The notes below the pieces were generated by a model. That model had not been told where the DNA came from. It made no database searches and was given only the letters and a program-made list of their open reading frames with translations. Made by a program: the position numbers and the translations under genes. A DNA stretch of 63,109 bases, the filler included. It is 10 parts of 10 records of this genome, joined end to end, with 100 filler letters (N's around TTAATTAATTAA, not from the genome) between each part and the next. Parts side by side here need not be neighbours in the genome. Positions count along the whole stretch, not along the records: positions 55,861 to 59,594 come from SRR7504441_1562; positions 59,695 to 63,109 come from SRR7504441_1621; 8 more parts are not named here. One strand, given 5' to 3'. This document shows positions 57,156 to 63,109 of the stretch, in pieces (within the stretch, counting starts at the first letter, position 1; the number at the start of each line of letters is the position of its first letter).

Positions 57156-58846
57156 ATGGTCGACTCGAGCGCCGAAAGCAGCCGTTGTGGGAAACAAGCA
57201 GTTGAAGCATCGTACGATGGCCCCACCTTTCGTGCCAGAGGTGCCGCGCGGAGCGGGCCTGACTCAGCCCCGGGGCAGGGCGCGCCTGTACGCACGGGCA
57301 AGACTGACAGCGGTGACACGTCGTGGGAGGACTTTGCAGACAAAACAAGGATCCAGACGAAGGCCGACGGCAGCGTCCACTATATCTACAAGAACGACGA
57401 CCACGACATCCAGCAGTTTTGTGCGTCCAGCCGGCTCACCGGCCGCTCACCGCTGTTCGGCAGCCGTAATGCCAGACAAGACTGAGATCACCTACTACAA
57501 GGTCGGGCCCAGCCGATTCTCAGCGAGCTCACCGGTTTGGGGGCAGGACGGGCGGAGGAAGCAGCTTTTCCCGAACGGCACCATGCTCGAAGTAGGAGCC
57601 GACAAGACCCGCGTACAGACCAATCCGGACGGCGTCAAGATTGAGACCCGGCCCGACGGATTCACTATGCAGACCAACCCCAATGGTTCCACGCTCGAGA
57701 CTTTCCCAGTAAGCCGGCCCCGCCCGGCCCGGCGAGGTCTGGGCAGGACGCCGCGCTGCTCGAGCTCGACTTTCGGCTGGGGAATTCGCCGGCGGGCGAG
57801 GAGCTCAGCTGGCCCGAGATCAAGAGGGTCCAGAAGAGTTCCACCAGCATGCACTACGTGGCGCCGGACGGCACGGACATTCAAGTAGACCACGTGCGCC
57901 GGCAGCTCGGCCTGGCCGCAGCCCCGGCCGGCAGGACGGCGGCAAGATTGTGCGTTGGTCGTCCGGGCACTGCCCCGAGGCTGATGCTCACTACAGCCAG
58001 ACAGGACAGCAGTGGTGCATGAAGGTCGATCCCGAGGGCAGGACAGACTATTTGGTCAAGGACGTACTGCCCGCCGGGCTGCGGCCGGCTGAGTCAGTGG
58101 GCAGGGCTTGGAGACGCACACCCAGACCGGAGCGCAGTCTACCTCATGGACGATTGACCCTTACTGGCGTGAGATGGCCGAGCGGAAGATTCAGGCCGAG
58201 CTCGAGGCGGAGCAGGCGGCAGCGAACGCCGCCGCAGCCAAGGCCAAGGCCGAGGCGGATGCCAAAGCTGCCAAGGCCAAGGCCGAGGCGGATAAGAAGG
58301 CGGCTGACGCAAAGGCTGAGGCTGATAGAAAGAAGGCCGAGGCTGATAGGCTGGCAGCTGAGGAGGCGAGGAAGAGGAAGGCAGCCGCAGATAAGGAGCG
58401 GGCGGACCAGGAGAAGAAGGAGAGAGAGGAGAGGGCACGCAAAGAGAAGGAAGAGATGGAAGAGAAGCGCAGGAGGGCTGCTGCAGCTGCCGAAAAGGAG
58501 CGCAATGAGGCGGAAGAGCGCAGGCTGGCAGCAGAGAGGGCGGCACTGGAGGCCAAGCTGGCTGCCGACGCTGAGCGAGTCGAGCGCGAGTATATCAACA
58601 ACAAGTACAAGATGTATCCGTTCATAAAGATGAAGAACTTCCTCAAAGCGGTGCGCCACGTCCTTAATCTGATCGCCATTGTGTGAACTAACAACTTACC
58701 CTCCCTGCCCCTCGCCCCGGGTGTGACTACTGGGGCAGAACAACATTCCGCGTGGGGACGTCGACTACTGCCTCGGCAAGTATGAGCTCAAGAAATTGGC
58801 TGACAGGCACGGTGTTGAGCTTCCAGATGATCCCAAGTCGCTCTAA
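57156..58846 (+). CDS. Protein with (P)DG/PNG beta-hairpin repeats (Tcp10_C/G-box-like), an A/E/K coiled coil and a small C-terminal helical domain, multi-exon
   Basis: FPNGT, QTNPDG, RPDG, QTNPNG; last intron 58651-58738 gives ...FLKANNIPRGDVDYCLGKYELKKLA...KSL*. Confidence 0.6.
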
Positions 58847-59299
58847 GCATGAAATTGCGCTAGAGCAGAAGACTGTCTTCGAATCACTGATCAATATCGT
58901 GGATATTGCAAATCAAGTGCGGTTTTTACTTGATGGACTCGAATGCCTCTTGATCTGATGGCTAAGCACATTCTGCCTGGGTTGGTTGGTGTACCTAGCT
59001 GTGTGTGTCAAGGGGTAATCAGGCCATAATCAAGTGCAATTGCACAATTTTTCACATAGGATCTACCAGTACATGAATACTAAGATGAATGAACTATATT
59101 TTCTTGGACCGTGCAAGTATTTTATTTCGGGTTATCGACTCATCAATCGAAATTTTAAGAAAATTTAGTAACAAGAGCTTTCATAACAAGTTCAATACAA
59201 TTGATCAAGTTTAACTCACGAGTCACGTCCGTCATTGAATCAATGCATACATGTAATGTGCATGTCATAAAATCCTGAGAGTCTTCCCTTTGCTTAAAC

Positions 59300-59594
59300 T
59301 CAATCATCCACTTGACACTGAACACCGTCGGGTAAGATCTGCAACCCCCAGTTCTTCACATTTATGCCATCCATTGCAGAGACCTTATCAATCCGGGCTT
59401 TTTTGAAGCGGCTGATTCTATGAACCTGCCGTGCTTGCCACCTGCACCGCCTCCTAAAGAAAGCAGCCTTGCGATGAGCAGCGGTACCATTTCTTGATTG
59501 CCTTAGCGTACACCTTGTGCATCTTCAGAAGCACAGAAGGCGAAGTGTCAGGAGTGGACTGCAACACCTTGTCGATAGCTTCAGCACTAGGCCT
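59300..59594 (-). CDS. Last three exons of an unknown gene, 5'-truncated
   Basis: RPSAEAIDKV...AIKKW|WQARQVHRISRFKKARIDK|ILPDGVQCQVDD* joined by two ~45-nt GT-AG introns. Confidence 0.5.
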
Positions 59595-59694
59595 NNNNNN
59601 NNNNNNNNNNNNNNNNNNNNNNNNNNNNNNNNNNNNNNTTAATTAATTAANNNNNNNNNNNNNNNNNNNNNNNNNNNNNNNNNNNNNNNNNNNN
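59595..59694. other. Artificial contig linker
   Basis: N44-TTAATTAATTAA-N44. Confidence 0.98.
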
Positions 59695-60821
59695 GATAGA
59701 ATCGAGTGGAGGAAACTCGTTCATACGCCATCTGGGCATGGTAGGTGCAAGTAAGCTGCAACGTGCTCAATCCAACCAACTAAATTCAAGCATTTGCCAC
59801 TTACACGCTTGAGCTACAGAACCAGGGGCTTGTGAAACCACTCACGCCTTCTGTTGTCATTGCGCCATTCCCTGTCACATCGTCGGCAATGGTATTCTTT
59901 CCACTTGTGTACGCCATCTACATTCTCTGTGAGGAAATTCAAGATATGGTCATCGGTGGTTTGGGGCACTATTTTGCTGCAAGTGGATGGTGCGCGCTAA
60001 TATAAGCTGAGCTCATTGTGCATTCTGCAGGATAAACCTTATGGACCATGTGGCCATAGCTACGCTTTTGCTGGTCTGGGTATTCAATGAGGTTTATTAT
60101 GGTGTCTTGCCAGTGATTGACCTCGGTACTCTTTGTGGGTAAGAATCCACGCTATAGATCAGCTCCTAGTATATCTGACGTCATGGTGTCGGCAGCCTTT
60201 ACAATCTTGATTGCAATCGTATGTGAATCATTCAGCGCCGTGATGGACCAAAGGCCAAAGGAGGGCGTCGTGGTTGATATGATAGCCTGGTGGAACAGGT
60301 TGTCGAGCTCTGAGGAGGAAGCGGATGCTGCAGAGGATGGCGATGACGATGACCTTTGCACCATCAAGGCAAAGCTTGAGACGCTCGAAAAGGGTTTCAG
60401 CAAGCTTGAGCAAGGAATCTCAGGCCTTCACCAGGTTATGAAGGCTCACTTTGCCTCGGAAAATCAAAGCTTTGCTCCTCGTAACGGAGCCAGCGTGGGC
60501 AAGAATGATAACAGTGCCAACTTGACCGCAAATGAGCTGGTAGTAGCGAGTAATCCAGTCTGGAGCCCACCTAGCAAGGGCACGGGCATCCAGCCTGCAA
60601 ACTACTACCACAATGGTGCACTACTACCAGCTCACGATGGTGCATCTAGCCAGCACACGATGTCCAAAGACGAAGCGAAAGCCAAGTTGGAGGTCCTTCG
60701 TCGCCAGCGGGAGGCCGGTGAGGTGAGCGAAGACCAGTACAAGCAGTGGAAACGTGAGATACAACAAGCTCGTGGCACGAAATTCAACCAAGACGATGGC
60801 ATCGCGTCGGTAATCATCTAG
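59695..60821 (+). CDS. Polycystin/PKD2-like channel fragment with a C-terminal SHOCT-like motif, 5'-truncated
   Basis: YILCEEIQDM...G.GHYF...WINLMD (S2-S3 like), ILIAIVCESF (S6 like), LEVLRRQREAGEVSEDQYKQWK (SHOCT like). Confidence 0.5.
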
Positions 60822-60971
60822 TTACATGCAAACTAGAACTTTGAAGCCGCCAACTGTCAATTAGGGTATGCTACAGCGTTTATATTTCATAGTTTGAAAT
60901 TCCTTGTAAAGTACAATATGCAGCGGTAGACTTGATTGATTGACGTGATTGATAGGAAAATTATATGGGTT

Positions 60972-62644
60972 ATGAGACTTATGACTGTAAAGCTTCGGCG
61001 CCGTATTGTCGTTAGGATCTCACAAGGGGTGCGGGCTTGCCATCCTGGGTGCGCAAAGCTGGGGTGTGCGGGCTCCAGATCCAAGTCGGCGGGCCCGGGC
61101 GGCACCGGGGACTGCGCGGCGGCGGAGGCCGAGCTGTCCCAGCTGCAGTGCCAGCTGGCCGAGGCGGTCCGGCGCACCCGGGAGGCCCGCGGTCGACAGG
61201 CGGCGTACGAGGCCCAAGCCGGCCGGCAGCGCCAACGGATCGCGGAGCTCGAGCTGGCCGTTGCGGCCCGCCACCGGGCGGACGGCTCGGTGCGGTGGTG
61301 CAGCCGGCTGGCCGGCGAGCCCCGGCAGGAAGTGCAGCCGGCGGCGGAGGAGCAAATGGCAGAGGATTGGCCGGGCGCCCACCGGCTGTGCGCTGAGCTG
61401 GCCGGGCGCGGAGGCGGCGAGTCTGGGGCGCTGGAGCCGGCGGGGCTGGTGCGACGGCCGGCCTGGCCCTGGGAGCAGGCGGGGGCAGCGGCAGTTGCTG
61501 AGCGGGCTAGGGTATCGGCTGCAAGAGATCAGTCTGTCCGAGCTGCTGGGGGGTCGGTCGTTGGAGCTCGACAGCGAGCAGATGGCGCAGCTGGTCCAAG
61601 GCACTCGCGGCCCGGTGGGGGCGGTTTGAGCCTAGGGTGGCCAGTTGTGGCCGACTGTGTGCGAGTTGCCGCCATTGTGCCTGCAGAGAGGCGCGCGCTG
61701 CAGGAGGCCCGCCACCTCGTCGCCCACCAGGAGCAGCAGCTGCTGGCCCGGTGCCCCGCCGCATCTCCCGGGCCCGAGCCTGGCGCAGCTGCGAGCGGAT
61801 CGCCGGTAGCAGTCAGCAACAGCTCGGGGTGCCGGAGCGGCTGGTGGCGGCTGATGGTTACCAAGGTGCAGCTCCAGTGGGGCGGCTGACTGACCCAACC
61901 GGCAGCTGCGGTGGAGCTGCTCGACCAGTTCCAGGCGGCTGGGGTATGCTCGAGCCCCGACGCCCGGCTGCAGATGCTGCTCGGTGCCCACCTGCACGCC
62001 GCCAGCCGAGGGCAGGGGCAGCTACCAAGCGCGAGCTGGAGCGGGCAGTGGTCGAGTCGGCGCGCGAGCGAGGGGAGCAGCCGGCCCCGCTGTCGGCCGA
62101 CGACCTGCTCCCCATCTTCACATTCCTGGTGGCGCAGGCCCGGCCTACTGGGCTGCTGGGTGGCAGTGGGCTTTGGGCGGTCTGAGCGGGTGCAGGGATG
62201 ATCGAGTTCATTCATCGGGCCGGTGCGGGCGGAGGGATGGGCGAGGCTTACTACTACTTGACCATGCTCGAGGCGGCCGTCCAGTTCCTGCTAACCTGGG
62301 AGACCAGCGAGGCTAAACCGATCGACGAGCTGATTGAGGCAAGCGGGCTGAGCAAGCTGCCGGGCACGCCCTGGGGCCTCGGGATGTCCCGTCGGAGGCG
62401 CGTCAGCAGGCCGGACGAGCCTGATAGCCCGGTGCACAAGGTACGGTCGGAGCGGCTGCCCCGGCGGCGGGTGCCGGCTGGGCGCAAGCAGCACGCGCAG
62501 TCGGACGGCGGGCTCCGGCGGAAGATGGATCCATTGTTTAGTCCGAGCAGCCGTCGATCGGTGGCACCGCAATTAGATGCTGGTGCGCCGGAGAATGGCT
62601 CGGCGAGTGCCGGAGAGGATGACGACTCGATCTATCCAACATGA
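60972..62644 (+). CDS. VPS9-domain (Rab5 GEF) protein, multi-exon; start uncertain
   Basis: LSADDLLPIFTFLVAQA and MGEAYYYLTMLEAAV, hallmark VPS9 motifs. Confidence 0.8.
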
Positions 62645-63109
62645 AATCGTTGTATACGGCGTACATGTATACGTAAGATCGCGCATGTGCATGCATAAAT
62701 AATTGTACATCACTAACTTTCTATCGCTATTGCCCTTAGTAATTCATTCGAAATTCATGACACGCCATTGGATAGATTTTTAGCTCTCGATCGATATCCG
62801 ATGCGTCCGATGGTTTCAGAAGCCGAATGGATTCCGAGCACTAAATTCGCACGAAACCTATTAAATCATGTTTTTGGGAACCCACATCCCGCACGCGACC
62901 ACCCCACCGACTTGCAACGGAGTAATTACAGAGTACGTGGAGTAATCGCCATGCACATATTAAATCGTACATGTGATACAGCTCTGACATGAACAATTCG
63001 AACAATCGAGTGCCTCACCCGTTTCCTTGTTTGGCAAACCTGCATTCAACTGTTCAACTGCTGAGATGGCGCCTATAAAAGCGGTGCCGGGTGCTTGCGA
63101 GCTGCGACT

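Noticed and set aside
8021-59694. Nine regularly recurring TTAATTAATTAA elements
   Set aside because: Each is centred in N runs and cuts genes mid-frame, so they are artificial concatenation linkers. Gene neighbourhoods across them are meaningless.
99-62200. Introner-like mobile introns (several introns contain small GC hairpins)
   Set aside because: I saw no two introns sharing sequence or terminal inverted repeats, and short stems are expected at this GC content.
63074-63080. TATAAAA box near the window end
   Set aside because: No downstream gene is visible within the window to support promoter function.

Overview
Eukaryotic genomic DNA from an unidentified, probably flagellated protist. 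It is ten unrelated contigs joined by nine artificial 100-nt linkers (N44-TTAATTAATTAA-N44). The genome is very compact. About 40 protein-coding genes are split by tiny spliceosomal introns (mostly 33-46 nt) with G-rich 3' ends, many starting with GC instead of GT. Genes often sit in head-to-head pairs 30-160 bp apart, with short AT-rich spacers at their 3' ends. Recognisable genes: PP2A catalytic subunit, V-ATPase subunit d, LCMT2/TYW4-like, aldose 1-epimerase, EamA transporter, F-box/beta-helix protein, PX-BAR sorting nexin, ACAD10/11-type kinase, RNA polymerase I RPA2, DGAT2, renalase, GH93-like hydrolase, TBC-ankyrin protein, AN1 zinc finger, RhoGAP, TFIIS, CPSF30 and a VPS9 protein. Most interesting: (1) a 216-nt, strongly structured CPSF30 intron hiding a candidate stop-containing alternative exon; (2) the GC-AG-rich mini-intron splicing code; (3) a DEK_C-PWWP-TFIIS fusion; (4) an apparently mitochondrion-targeted tandem Dke1-like dioxygenase with one degenerate and one intact metal site; (5) recurring promoter (YAACGG) and 3'-spacer (TACNNGTA) motifs. 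Exon structures were traced by hand and family calls come from motif recognition; no searches were run. No rRNA, tRNA, CRISPR or transposon was recognised.
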